In this document: one piece after another, positions 53,679 through 64,000 of the stretch
How the letters are laid out: the number at the start of each line of letters is the position of its first letter
Position numbering within the stretch: position 1 is the stretch's first letter
Assembly (NCBI GenBank): GCA_964634465.1
Contig: CAZWLY010000001.1
Span: 195,967 to 259,966 of the forward strand
Direction: 5' to 3'
Origin: an uncultured Thermodesulfobacteriota bacterium
GTDB lineage: Bacteria; Desulfobacterota; Desulfarculia; G963662305
Length of the DNA: 64,000 nt
Notes under the pieces: generated by a model
Databases searched by the model: none
What the model was told of the DNA's origin: nothing
The model's input: the letters and a program-made list of their open reading frames with translations, nothing else
Position numbers and translations under genes: made by a program

Positions 53679-55096
53679 CGGCCGCCTCCGTTTTTGGCCA
53701 GCCTGGCTTTGAGCGCCGGCCAGCGCCTGGAAAACGGCCGTCTGGCCAATCGGGGCGGAACCCTCACTCGGCTCCAGCGTTTGAGCGCCGGGGGCGTCAG
53801 CGCCGGAGCCAGCGGCCGGGCCAGGCAGGCGGCGGCCCACTCGGCGGCCGGGTGTCGGTTCAGCCAGGCCCACAGGCCGGCGGCCAACCGCTCCGTGACC
53901 GGCGGTCGCCCTTGCCAGGTCGGGTCCTCGGCCAGCTTCCAGCGCAGGTGGAGCATCAGCTTGGGCAGGTCGATCATCACCGGGCAGACCTCGGCGCAGG
54001 CCCCGCAGAGGGTGCTGGCGAAGGGCAGGTCCTTGCCCCGGCCCGGCGGCAGGAATTGGGGGTTCAACACCGAGCCGATGGGGCCGGTGTAGACCCAGCC
54101 GTAGCTGAAGCCGCCGATTCTCAAGTAGACCGGGCAGACATTGAGGCACGAGCCGCAGCGCAGGCAGTAGAGCGATTCCCTGAGGACCGGGTCGGCCGCG
54201 ATCCGGCTGCGGCCGTTGTCCAGGATGATCAGGTGAAACTCGTCCGGGCCGTCCGGTTCGCCCGCCCGCCTGGGGCCGGTGATGATCGAGACGTAGGAGC
54301 ACATCTTCTGACCGGCCGCCGACCGGGGCAGGATGTTCAACAGGTCGGCCATGTCCTCCAGGTCGGCGACGACCTTGTCCAGGCCCATGAGGGCGACGTG
54401 GATTCGGGGCGCGGTGGTCGAGAACCTGATGTTGCCCTCGTTTTCCAGAAGGACGATCGAGCCGGTTTCGGCCACGGCCATGTTGACCCCGGTCAGGCCC
54501 ATCTCGGCCGACAGAAACCGCTCCCTGAGCGTGGCCCGGGCGATGGCGTTGAGCTCGCCGGGGTCGTAGGTCGGCTCCACGCCGAGTTTTTCGGCGAACA
54601 GGTCGCCGATCTCGAAGCGGTTTTTGTGGACCGCCGGGGCGATGATGTGCGACGGCTTCTCCCCGGCCAACTGGACGATGTACTCGCCCAGATCGGTTTC
54701 GGCCGCCCAGATGCCCGCCTCCTCCAAGGCCTCGTTGAGACCGATCTCCTCGGCGGTCATCGACTTGCCCTTGACCACCTCCCTGACGCCGTTGGAGCGG
54801 GCCAGCTCGAGGACGACGGCCCTGGCCTCCTCGGCGTCGGCCGCCCAGTGGACCCGGCCGCCGGCGGCGACGACGTTTTTCTCCAGGCGCTCGAGCAGTT
54901 CGGGCAGGGCGGCCATGGCCCGGTCCTTGACCGCCCGGGCCCGAAGTCGCAGCGCCTCCGGGTCTTTCAAGGGGCCGAAGGCGTTTCGGCGGATCATCTT
55001 GAAGCGCTGGCCGAAATTCTTCAGGTTGGCCCGGAGCTCGGCGTTGCCGAGGGCCTCGGTCGCGGCCGCCTTGAACCGCCCGGTGTCGTCCTTCAT
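53675..55096 (-). CDS. lutB: Lactate utilisation Fe-S protein B (LutB/YkgF family)
   Basis: Trimmed to ATG 55096. LUD domain plus two ferredoxin-type Cys clusters (CLRCGSCLNVCP, CGACAEVCP). Confidence 0.88.
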   Translation of the reverse strand: MKDDTGRFKAAATEALGNAELRANLKNFGQRFKMIRRNAFGPLKDPEALRLRARAVKDRAMAALPELLERLEKNVVAAGGRVHWAADAEEARAVVLELARSNGVREVVKGKSMTAEEIGLNEALEEAGIWAAETDLGEYIVQLAGEKPSHIIAPAVHKNRFEIGDLFAEKLGVEPTYDPGELNAIARATLRERFLSAEMGLTGVNMAVAETGSIVLLENEGNIRFSTTAPRIHVALMGLDKVVADLEDMADLLNILPRSAAGQKMCSYVSIITGPRRAGEPDGPDEFHLIILDNGRSRIAADPVLRESLYCLRCGSCLNVCPVYLRIGGFSYGWVYTGPIGSVLNPQFLPPGRGKDLPFASTLCGACAEVCPVMIDLPKLMLHLRWKLAEDPTWQGRPPVTERLAAGLWAWLNRHPAAEWAAACLARPLAPALTPPALKRWSRVRVPPRLARRPFSRRWPALKARLAKNGGGR

Positions 55097-55824
55097 CGTC
55101 CCTTCTCCAGACCGGCCAGCACCTCGGCTATGTGGACCGCCTCGATCCGGCTTGGCCGCTTGGCCAAGAAGCCGCCGATGTTCATCAGGCAGCTCACCTC
55201 GGCGCTGATCACGTACTCGGCCCCGCTGGCGGCGATGTCGGCCGCCTTGTCGGCGGTGATGGCCTCGGATATGTCCGGGAACTGAAGGCTGAACAGACCG
55301 CCGAAGCCGCAGCACGTCTCAGGGTGGTCGAGCTCAACCATCTCCAGCCCCTTGACCCGTTCGAGCAGCTTGAGCGGTTGCTCCTTGACGCCCAGCGCCC
55401 GGCCGACCTGGCAGGAGTCGTGGTAGACCGCCTTGGCTTCGAGCGACGCCCCCAGGTCGGTCGCGCCGGCGACATCGACCAGGAACTCGGTCAACTCGAA
55501 CACCCGGCCGCCCAGGGCCTCGGCTCGCTTTTGCCAGTCGGGTTCGGTTTCGAAGAGGCCGGGGTAATACTTTCTGACCATGGCCGCGCACGAGCCGGAG
55601 GGGGTGACGATAGCCTCGGCGTCCTCGAAAATCTCGATGAAGCGCCGGGCCAGCCGCCGGGCCTCTCGCCGGCGGCCGGTCTTGAAGGCCGGCTGGCCGC
55701 AGCAGGTCTGGTCGGCCGGGAAGTCGAGCTCGGCCCCGGCTCTGGCCAGGACGACGGCCGCGGCCTCGCCGATCTCGGGCCGGAAATGCTCGACCAGGCA
55801 GGGGATGAATAGGCTGACCTTCAC
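55093..55824 (-). CDS. lutA: Lactate utilisation protein A (CCG-domain (Fe-S) oxidoreductase, LutA/YkgE)
   Basis: 243-aa ORF (VSLFIPCLV, QTCCGQP, HDSCQ, ETCCGFGG), two CCG motifs. Confidence 0.88.
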   Translation of the reverse strand: MKVSLFIPCLVEHFRPEIGEAAAVVLARAGAELDFPADQTCCGQPAFKTGRRREARRLARRFIEIFEDAEAIVTPSGSCAAMVRKYYPGLFETEPDWQKRAEALGGRVFELTEFLVDVAGATDLGASLEAKAVYHDSCQVGRALGVKEQPLKLLERVKGLEMVELDHPETCCGFGGLFSLQFPDISEAITADKAADIAASGAEYVISAEVSCLMNIGGFLAKRPSRIEAVHIAEVLAGLEKGR

Positions 55825-55918
55825 TCGATCCGAGACTCTCTGGTTTTGCCCGGCAAAACCTAAAGAAAGGTTTTTGTGGTAAGTTAAAGAGACTTTTTAA
55901 GAAGCCTCCTCAACTCCT

Positions 55919-57070
55919 TCACAAGATCGCCTCGACAAAGGCGTTTGGGTCAAAGGGTTTGAGATCGTCCATCTGCTCGCCCAGGCCGACGAAGAGGACC
56001 GGGCGCTGAAGCTGGTGAGCCACGGCGGCGACGATGCCGCCCTTGGCCGTGCCGTCCAGCTTGGTCAAAACCAGGCCGGTCAAGGGCGTGGCCTCGTTGA
56101 ACAGCTTGGCTTGGCTGAGCGCGTTCTGGCCGGTGGTGGCGTCCAGGACCAGCAGGGTCTGGTGGGGGGCCTCGGGAATCTTCTTGGCCATGACCCGGCG
56201 GACCTTCTTGAGTTCCTCCATCAGGTTGACCTTGGTGTGGAGCCGGCCGGCGGTGTCGACCAGGACCACGTCCACTCCCCGGGCCTGGGCCGCCTCCAGG
56301 GCGTCGAAGACGACGGCCGAGGGGTCGGCTCCGGCCTGGTGCCGGACGATGTCGGCTCCGACGCGCTCCGCCCAGATCTCGAGCTGCTCGCCGGCCGCGG
56401 CCCGGAAGGTGTCGCCGGCGGCCAGCAGGACCTTTTTGCCCTCCAGGATGAAACGCCGGGCCAGCTTGCCGATGGTGGTCGTCTTGCCCACGCCGTTGAC
56501 GCCGACGACGAGGATCACCTCCGGTCCTTCGGCCGGCGGGGCGGGCGGCGCCGGGCCGACGTCCAACAGCTCCAGGAGCGAGTCGCCGAGCGCGCCCTTG
56601 AGATCGGCCGGGTCGGTCAGGTTGCGGCGCTTGATCTGCTTGCGCAGCTTCTTCAGCAACTCGGTGGTCGCCTCGACGCCCAGGTCGGAGGTGATGAGAA
56701 TCTCCTCCATCTCTTCGAGAAGGTCCTCGTCCACCTTACCGCCGCCGGAGAACAGGGCGTCCAGCCGGCCGGAGAGGGAGGCTCTCGTCTTGGCCAATCG
56801 CTCCCGGAACCGGCCGAACAGCCCCTTCTTGTTGTTGTCCGCGGCCGGTTTTTCCGGTCCGGTCTCGGCCGCCGCCTCCGGCCGATCGTCCGGGGAGGCG
56901 TCCGCCGGCCGGTCCGGCTCTTGGCCGTCGCTCGGGGCGGGTTCGTCGGGCGGCGTTTCACCCGCTTCGGGCTCGCTCGCCTCCCGGCCTTCCTCGGCCG
57001 GTCGGCGATCTTCCGGGTCGGATTGGGGAGACTTGTCCTTTTTGTTCTTGCCGAACTTGAACCAGGCCAT
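55919..57070 (-). CDS. ftsY: Signal recognition particle receptor FtsY
   Basis: 383-aa ORF with an acidic/Pro-rich N-terminus, then an NG domain ([31 protein letters not shown]). Confidence 0.95.
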   Translation of the reverse strand: MAWFKFGKNKKDKSPQSDPEDRRPAEEGREASEPEAGETPPDEPAPSDGQEPDRPADASPDDRPEAAAETGPEKPAADNNKKGLFGRFRERLAKTRASLSGRLDALFSGGGKVDEDLLEEMEEILITSDLGVEATTELLKKLRKQIKRRNLTDPADLKGALGDSLLELLDVGPAPPAPPAEGPEVILVVGVNGVGKTTTIGKLARRFILEGKKVLLAAGDTFRAAAGEQLEIWAERVGADIVRHQAGADPSAVVFDALEAAQARGVDVVLVDTAGRLHTKVNLMEELKKVRRVMAKKIPEAPHQTLLVLDATTGQNALSQAKLFNEATPLTGLVLTKLDGTAKGGIVAAVAHQLQRPVLFVGLGEQMDDLKPFDPNAFVEAIL

Positions 57071-57076
57071 GATTTG

Positions 57077-60000
57077 TTATCGTCCTTGACTCTGCTGTGC
57101 CGCTCGGTCGGCTTCGGCGGTCTCGAAGAGGTGGTCGGTTTCCTCCTTGGAGTCCAGCCTGACCGAGACCATCCGGGAGACGCCGGGCTCGGGCATGGTC
57201 ACCCCGTAGAGGGTGTCCACCGACTCCATGGTCCGACGGTTGTGGGTGATCATCAAGATCTGGCTGTGGCGGCCGATCTCCTTGACCAGCCGGTTGAAGC
57301 GCTCCACGTTTTGCTCGTCTAAGGGGGCGTCCACCTCGTCGAGCAGGCAGAACGGGCTGGGCTTGATTAGGAAGATGGCGAAGAGCAACGTGGCCGCGGC
57401 CAGCGCCTTTTCGCCGCCGGAGAGAAGGCCCATGTTGGTCAGTCGTTTGCCCGGCGGCTGGATCTTGATGTCCACCCCGGACTCCAGGGGGTTGTCCGGG
57501 TCGGTCAGGATCAGTTGGGCCTTGGCCCCCTCGCCGAACAGGATCGGCCCCAGCTCCTCCATTTTGGCCGCCACCGCCTTGAACGTCTCGGAGAAGCGCT
57601 CCAGGGTGGTCTTGTTGATCTTGCGGATGGCCGCCTTGAGGTCGTTCATCGAGGCGGTCAGGTCGGCCACCTGGCCCTCCAGGAACTCCTTGCGCTCGAT
57701 GAGGGCCTGGTACTCCTCGACGGCGGTCGGGTTGACCGCGCCCATGCGCTGGACCTTGCTCTTGAGGTCGTCCAGCTCCTCTTTGGCCGCCGGCTGATCG
57801 AGCTCCCGGTCGATGTGTTGGTTGAAGCTCTCGGCCAGATCGATCTGGTAGCGCTGGGCGATGTCTTCCGTCAGGTGCTCCAGGTTGAACCGGGTCTGGG
57901 AGAGGGCCAGTTCGGCCTGGCGGGCCTCCTCTTCCACGCCCCGGACCTGATCGCGCAGGCTTTTGAGCTCGTCGCCGCGCTCGCCGAGCTCTTCCTGGAG
58001 GATGGACAGCCGCTCCTGCTCGCGGCCGATCTCCGCCTCCTGCTCCCTGACCTGGCGGGTGAGCAGTTTCAGCTCTTCCTCGGCGCTGATGCCGGCCCGG
58101 TCGAGCTCGTCCCTCTCTTGGGCCGCCGCGGCCAGGTCGGCCGCCAGGGATTCGATTCGCTCCCTGGTCCGGGCCAGGTCGCCCTCGATGCGCTCGACGG
58201 CCGACTTGAGCTGCTCCTTCTGGCTGTTGAGGCGACTCAATCGGACCTTGACCCCGGTCAGCTCCTCCCTGAGTTCCGCCGCCCTGGAGCCGGCCGCCTC
58301 GGCCTCGGCTTCGGCCTCGGTCAGCTCCCGCTCCAGCTCCTTCTGCTCGGCCTCGGCCCGGGCGGCCAGTTCGGCCTGCTCGGCCTTGGTCGCTTCGAGC
58401 CGCTCCTCCTCGGCCGTCAGGGAATCGGCCTCGGCCGTCAGAACCTGGCGCAACCGATCGAGTTCCTTGAGGCGGATGGTCAGCCCGGCCGACTCCTTTT
58501 CCGCCTCCACCTGTTCTGCTTCGGCTTTCCGGAGGCGCGCCGTGAGGTCGACGATCTGCTCGCCGAAGAGGTTGCGCTGCTCGGCGACCTTGGCCACGGC
58601 CCGGTCCTGCTCGGCCCGGACGGCCTCCAGTTCCTTCAGCCGCTCCTTGAGCTCGCGGATGGTCCGCTGGCGGGCCAGAAGCGAGGCGTCGGAGTCGGAC
58701 TTGCGGCCGCCGACGATCACGCCCGGCGGGGAGATGATCTCGCCGGCCAGGGTGACCACGCTTCGCCTGCGGCCATCGGCCTGCCAGACGGCCAGGGCGG
58801 CGTCGAGATCGTCGGTCACCAGGGCGTCGCCGATGATCGCTCTGGCCGCCTGGCCGGTCGGGCCGGTGAACTCGATCGCCTCGGCCAGCAGCCTCGCCCC
58901 CTCGGGGGCGGGCCTGGGCTCGGCGGCGGGTGAGAGGAGGGCCGGCGAGATCAACCCGGCCCGCCCCCGCCCGCTGGACTTCAGGCTCTCCAGGGCGGCC
59001 AGGATTTCATCCCGGCCCTGGGCGACCAGGTGCTGAACCGCCGAGGCCAGGGCCGCCTCCACCGCCGCCTCCAGGTCTTGGCCGACCCGGACGCCGTCGG
59101 CCACCAGGCCCAGGAAGGGCCGGCCGCCGAGGCGCTCGATGAGGCCCTTGTCGGTCAGCAGCGTCTTGACGCCTTTGTCCAGGCCCTCGTGGGCCTCCTC
59201 CAAGGCGGTCAGTCCGGCCAGGCGGCCCGAAAGCTCCCTGATCTCCTGGGCGGTCTCGTCGCGGCGGGTCTGGGCTTCGAGGAGATCCTCTTCGGCCTCG
59301 CCGCGGAGGTTTTCCAGCTCGTCGCGCTGCCCGGTCAGCTCGGTGATCTGGGAGGTGACCTCCTCCAGACGGGCGCGGTTGTGCTCGAGGGCGGCGCTGA
59401 GCTCTTCCCGTTCCTTTTCGGCCTGCTCGGCCTGCTCGGCCAGGCGTCGGCGGCGGGCGTTGAGGCCGCCGAGCCGCTCCTCGGCCGAGATCAAAGCGTT
59501 GTGGGCCCTGGCCCGGGAGGAGGCCAGGTCGATGAGTCGGTCTTTCAAGCGGGAGACGGTCTTGGTCTTGGCCCCGGCCAACTCCCGGGCCTCGTCCAGC
59601 CGGGCGTCCAACTCGTTCCGCTCGGCCCGGCCGGCGGCGAGTTCACTCTCCAGGTCGCGGGCCAGCCCCTCCAGGCCCTCCCGCTCCTTGGCCAATTCGT
59701 CCAGGCGGGAGTTCTCCTCGGCCATCCGGATCTTGTCCCGCTCCTGGCGAGCCTTGAGAGCCTCTCCCTTTTCCTTCAGGAAGCCCTGCTGCTGCTCCAA
59801 GGCCTGAACCCGGCTGCCCAGCCTGACCCGCTGTTCCCGTTTGTCGGCCAGCCGGCGCTCCTGCTCGGCCAGACGGAGGCGGTCGGCCTCCAGGGCGGCC
59901 GAGACGGCCGTCTCCTTGTTGAGCAATAGCTCGCGGCGGTCGCCGATGGCCTTGGCGGCCGCTTCGCGCTTGTTCAGCTCGCGGGTCAACTCCTCGTAGC

Positions 60001-60706
60001 GCAGCGCGGCCAGGGCCAACTCCAGAACCCTGATCCGCTCGGTGTAGTCCCGATAGCGCTGGGCTTTCTTGGCCTGGAGGTTGAGGCTTCGGGCCTGGCG
60101 CTCCACTTCGGCCAGGATGTCGGCCACCCGCTCCAGGTTGTGGCTGGTGCTCTCCAGCTTGCGCATCGCCGCCTGGCGCTGGGCCTTGAACTTGACGATG
60201 CCGGCCGCCCCCTCGATCCAGGCCCGGCGCTCCTCGGGCCCGGAGTCGATGATCCGGCCGATGGAGCCCTGCTCGATGATGGCGTAGCCTCTCGCCCCCA
60301 GGCCGGTGTCCATGAACAGGTTGACGATGTCCTTCAGGCGGCAGGGGGCCTTGTTGATCAGGTATTCGCTCTCGCCGGAGCGATACAGCCGGCGGGTGAT
60401 GGTCAGCTCGTTGTAGTGATGGAACGGAGCGGGGAAGGGGCCGTTGGTCCGGGCGACCGACAGGTTCACCTCGGCGTAGCCCATCGACCGGGCCCCGGCC
60501 GTGCCGGCGAAGATGATGTCCTCCATGGACTTGCCGCGCAGCTTGGACGGCGACTGCTCGCCCATGACCCACCGGATGGCGTCGGCGATGTTGGACTTGC
60601 CGCACCCGTTGGGCCCGACCACGGCGCTGATGCCCGGCGAGAAGGACAGAGTCGTCTGGTGGAAAAACGACTTGAAACCGTGCATTTCCAGCTTGGTCAG
60701 ACGCAT
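57077..60706 (-). CDS. smc: Chromosome segregation protein SMC
   Basis: 1209-aa ORF with an N-terminal Walker A ([10 protein letters not shown]), long coiled coils, a hinge, a C-terminal signature (LSGGEKAL) and a Walker B ([10 protein letters not shown]). Confidence 0.95.
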   Translation of the reverse strand: MRLTKLEMHGFKSFFHQTTLSFSPGISAVVGPNGCGKSNIADAIRWVMGEQSPSKLRGKSMEDIIFAGTAGARSMGYAEVNLSVARTNGPFPAPFHHYNELTITRRLYRSGESEYLINKAPCRLKDIVNLFMDTGLGARGYAIIEQGSIGRIIDSGPEERRAWIEGAAGIVKFKAQRQAAMRKLESTSHNLERVADILAEVERQARSLNLQAKKAQRYRDYTERIRVLELALAALRYEELTRELNKREAAAKAIGDRRELLLNKETAVSAALEADRLRLAEQERRLADKREQRVRLGSRVQALEQQQGFLKEKGEALKARQERDKIRMAEENSRLDELAKEREGLEGLARDLESELAAGRAERNELDARLDEARELAGAKTKTVSRLKDRLIDLASSRARAHNALISAEERLGGLNARRRRLAEQAEQAEKEREELSAALEHNRARLEEVTSQITELTGQRDELENLRGEAEEDLLEAQTRRDETAQEIRELSGRLAGLTALEEAHEGLDKGVKTLLTDKGLIERLGGRPFLGLVADGVRVGQDLEAAVEAALASAVQHLVAQGRDEILAALESLKSSGRGRAGLISPALLSPAAEPRPAPEGARLLAEAIEFTGPTGQAARAIIGDALVTDDLDAALAVWQADGRRRSVVTLAGEIISPPGVIVGGRKSDSDASLLARQRTIRELKERLKELEAVRAEQDRAVAKVAEQRNLFGEQIVDLTARLRKAEAEQVEAEKESAGLTIRLKELDRLRQVLTAEADSLTAEEERLEATKAEQAELAARAEAEQKELERELTEAEAEAEAAGSRAAELREELTGVKVRLSRLNSQKEQLKSAVERIEGDLARTRERIESLAADLAAAAQERDELDRAGISAEEELKLLTRQVREQEAEIGREQERLSILQEELGERGDELKSLRDQVRGVEEEARQAELALSQTRFNLEHLTEDIAQRYQIDLAESFNQHIDRELDQPAAKEELDDLKSKVQRMGAVNPTAVEEYQALIERKEFLEGQVADLTASMNDLKAAIRKINKTTLERFSETFKAVAAKMEELGPILFGEGAKAQLILTDPDNPLESGVDIKIQPPGKRLTNMGLLSGGEKALAAATLLFAIFLIKPSPFCLLDEVDAPLDEQNVERFNRLVKEIGRHSQILMITHNRRTMESVDTLYGVTMPEPGVSRMVSVRLDSKEETDHLFETAEADRAAQQSQGR

Positions 60707-60724
60707 ACGTCTCCCCCAGGCTGG

Positions 60725-60753
60725 AAAATATCACTTCGGGCCGTCACAGGCAA
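60725..60753 (-). promoter_or_regulatory. Putative sigma70 promoter of smc (TTGCCT-17 nt-TATTTT)
   Basis: On the minus strand the -35 is at 60753-60748 and the -10 at 60730-60725. GGGGGAG precedes ATG 60706. Confidence 0.3.
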
Positions 60754-61027
60754 GAAAAAAGCACAATAGGCTGTGTTCGCCACGGGACGAGAGTACAACA
60801 TATAGGATAAGGGAATCGCTGTCACCGTCGAGACCGGTCGGTCGATTCGAACGGGTTCGAGTCGGGCCGAGGCGGTAGGCGACCGCCGTTCCGGCGGCGG
60901 GGGAGTAGGCCGTCTGGCCGACCTTGCGCCGTTGAAGACAGCCGATCCGCCGCCTGGGCTCGAGCCGGCCGTCTCCGGCCAAGGTGAGCGTCCGCCCCCG
61001 CCGCTTCAGGTGTCGTCCCCGGCTTTG

Positions 61028-63123
61028 TCAACCGGTCTGGAGGCGCGAGAAATCGGCCACCAGCTTGAACAGGTCGGCCACCTCGGCCACCAGGGCCAGT
61101 CGGTTGGCCCGAAGCGCCTCGTCCTCGGCCATGACCATGACCCGGTCGAAGAAGGTATCGACGACCGGCTTGAGCCCGGTCAGCTCGGTCAACACCCGGC
61201 CGAAGTCGCCCGAGGCGGCGGCCCGGCGGACGTTGTCGGCCAGGTTCTGCGCGGCCCGGTGCAGCGCCTTCTCCTCGTCCTGCTCGAAGCGGTCCGGGTC
61301 GGGCGGGACGGCGACCTGCTGGCCCTTGAGGATGTTGAACAGGCGCTTGAAGGCGATCGCCCCCTCCTCGAACTCCGGCCCGGCCTTGAAGGCTTGCAGG
61401 GCCTCGATCCGGGCCTTGGCGCCGGCCGGATCGTCGAGGGCCGCGGCCAGGACGGACTCGACCACGTCGTGGTCGAAGCCCTGGGCGGTGAAGAGATTTT
61501 GCATCCGGCGCCGGAAGAACTCGACCACGTTGGTCTCGACCTCGTCGGCCGGGAGCTTGAACCGGTCGGCCGGAATGCCGGCCACGGCCCGAGCGATGAA
61601 CTCGACCAGACCGGGCGACCAGTTCTTGTCCATCAAGATCCTGATCACGCCCAGCGCGGCCCGCCTGAGCGCGAACGGGTCGGCCGCGCCGGTCGGCGGC
61701 TTGTTGATGGCGAACATGCCGGCGATGGTGTCCATCTTGTCGGCCAGGCCGACCAGGGCGCCGGTGTCGCTTTGGGGCAGGGGGGCGTCGGGAGCGCCCG
61801 AGGTGGGCAGGTAGTGCTCGCCGATGCCGGCGGCCACGGCCTCGGGCAGACCCTCGTTTCTGGCGTAGGCCGCGCCGACCACGCCCTGGAGAGAGGGAAA
61901 CTCGCCGACCATCAGGCTGACCAGGTCGGCCTTGCAGAGCCAGGCCGCCGCCACGGCGTTCTCCTTGACGCCGTCGGCCAGATGGGAAGCCAGCCGGTCG
62001 GCCAGCCAGCCGGTGAGATCGGCGAAGCGCTCGACCTTCTCGTAGGACGTGCCGAGTTGCTTGTGGTAGACGACCTGCTTGAGCTCCTCCGTCCGGTCCC
62101 TGAGGCTTTTTTTGACGTCTTCGGCCAGGAAGAAGGCGGCGTCGGCCAGTCGGGCCCGGATCACCCGCTCGTGGCCCTGGCGGACCACCGCCGGGTCCTT
62201 GGCCAAGGTGTTGTTGACGGCCACGAAGCGAGGCAGGAGCTTGCCCGAGGAATCGACCACGGCGAAGTACTTCTGATGCTCCTTCATGGCCGTGATCAGC
62301 ACCTCGTCGGGCAGTTTCAGGAACTGGTCGTCGAAACGGCCGCAAACCGCCGTCGGGTACTCGACCAGATTGGTGTTGATCTCGACCAGCTCGGGGTCGT
62401 CGAGGAGCCAGCCGCCCTCGGCCCGGGCCGCCGCCTCAGCCTCTTGGATCACCATCTCCCGCCGCCGGTCGATGTCGGCGATGACCTTGGCCTGTTCCAA
62501 TTTGTCGAGGTATTCGTCCGGAGAGGCCAGCTCGACGGGCCCCGGCGAATTGAAGCGATGGCCCCGGCTGGTCCGGCCGCCGGCGATGCCGGCGATCTCG
62601 ACCTCGATGACCCGATCACCCAACAGGACCACCAGCCAGTGGATGGGCCGGGCGAAGCGGAACTCGCCGTCGCCCCAGCGCATGGACTTGGGGAAGGGCA
62701 GGCCGGCGACGATGCCCGGCAGGGCCTCGGCCACCACCTCTCTCGTCGGCCGGCCGGGGATGAACTTCTCCACGGCCATGTACTCGCCCTTGGGCGTGTC
62801 GATGACGATCAACTCGTCGAAATCCACCCCCTGGGACCTGGCAAAGCCCAGTCCGGCCTTGGTCGGCCGGCCGTCCTCGCCGATCGCCGCTCGCTTGGGC
62901 GGCCCGCTGATCGTCTCCGAGCCGTCCGCGCCCTTCTCGGCCACGTCGGCGGCGATGACGGCCAGCCGACGGGGGGTGCCCAGCCGGGTCACCGGTCCGT
63001 GGTCGATCTTCTTGTCGGTCAGCTCGTCGTCGAGCGCCCGGGCCAGGGCCTCGAGCGCCGGTTCTATGAACGAGGCCGGAAGCTCCTCCAGGCCGATCTC
63101 GATCAACAGCTTTTCGCCGGCCA

Positions 63124-63124
<1 letters not shown>
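61028..63124 (-). CDS. glyS: Glycine--tRNA ligase beta subunit
   Basis: Trimmed from 61028..63439 to ATG 63124 (in frame, 699 codons; overlaps the glyQ TAA by 1 nt). MAGEKLLIEIGLEELPASF..., MRWGDGEFRFARPIHW, SRGHRF, TAMKEHQKYF. Confidence 0.95.

Positions 63125-64000
<876 letters not shown>

Overview
This is a GC-rich bacterial chromosomal segment; hand-counted 60-nt lines in ordinary genes run about 65-78 % G+C. It is densely coding on both strands and consists almost entirely of core or housekeeping genes.

Recognisable blocks, left to right:
- motA-motB stator pair.
- Nucleotide-sugar cluster: UXS-type decarboxylase, galE, rfbD, rfbB.
- ltaE.
- yqeY-mutS2-dnaG-rpoD-tRNA-His.
- A queD operon.
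- An anaerobic glutaryl-/crotonyl-CoA operon: thiolase, two acyl-CoA dehydrogenases, gcdA.
- A J-domain gene with a textbook sigma54 promoter.
- ftsK-lolA, infA, mutL-miaA, ubiE.
- A murG-mraY pair sitting outside any dcw cluster.
- cbiB, purC, mdh, lutABC, ftsY, smc, glyQS.

I saw no rRNA, CRISPR array, transposase, integrase or prophage genes. Gene content (non-decarboxylating-type glutaryl-CoA dehydrogenase plus gcdA, lutABC, hemerythrin/PAS, sigma54) suggests an anaerobic Desulfobacterota-like organism, but that is only inference.

Many long ORF-track entries are antisense GC artefacts (Arg/Gly/Pro/Ala-rich) and were discarded. Several true genes were trimmed to internal starts.

The only accessory-looking stretch is about 19.6-22.1 kb:
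- A 33-bp-period array of degenerate hairpins bracketed by inverted repeat copies.
- A DUF559 endonuclease gene whose C-terminus is encoded by that repeat.
- A visibly AT-richer islet (33-42 % G+C in hand-counted lines) carrying one orphan 194-aa gene with an R-x4-H (HEPN-like) motif. This is the best candidate here for something undescribed, though it is a single gene rather than a multi-gene system.

Other items worth a second look:
- A dispersed ~110-nt modular palindromic repeat with four intergenic copies.
- A sigma54 promoter plus upstream TGCGCACC/GCACCA repeats driving a mini-DnaJ.
- A MurG-HEAT-repeat fusion translationally coupled to MraY.
- An in-frame TGA inside a DUF4079-like membrane-protein gene.
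- A Tpt1/KptA-like protein with apparently degenerate catalytic residues.
- A histone-H1-like Lys/Ala/Pro N-terminal extension on RpoD containing a 138-bp tandem duplication.
- Two candidate leaderless transcripts.

All functional calls rest on my reading of the translated ORFs. No database search was run.
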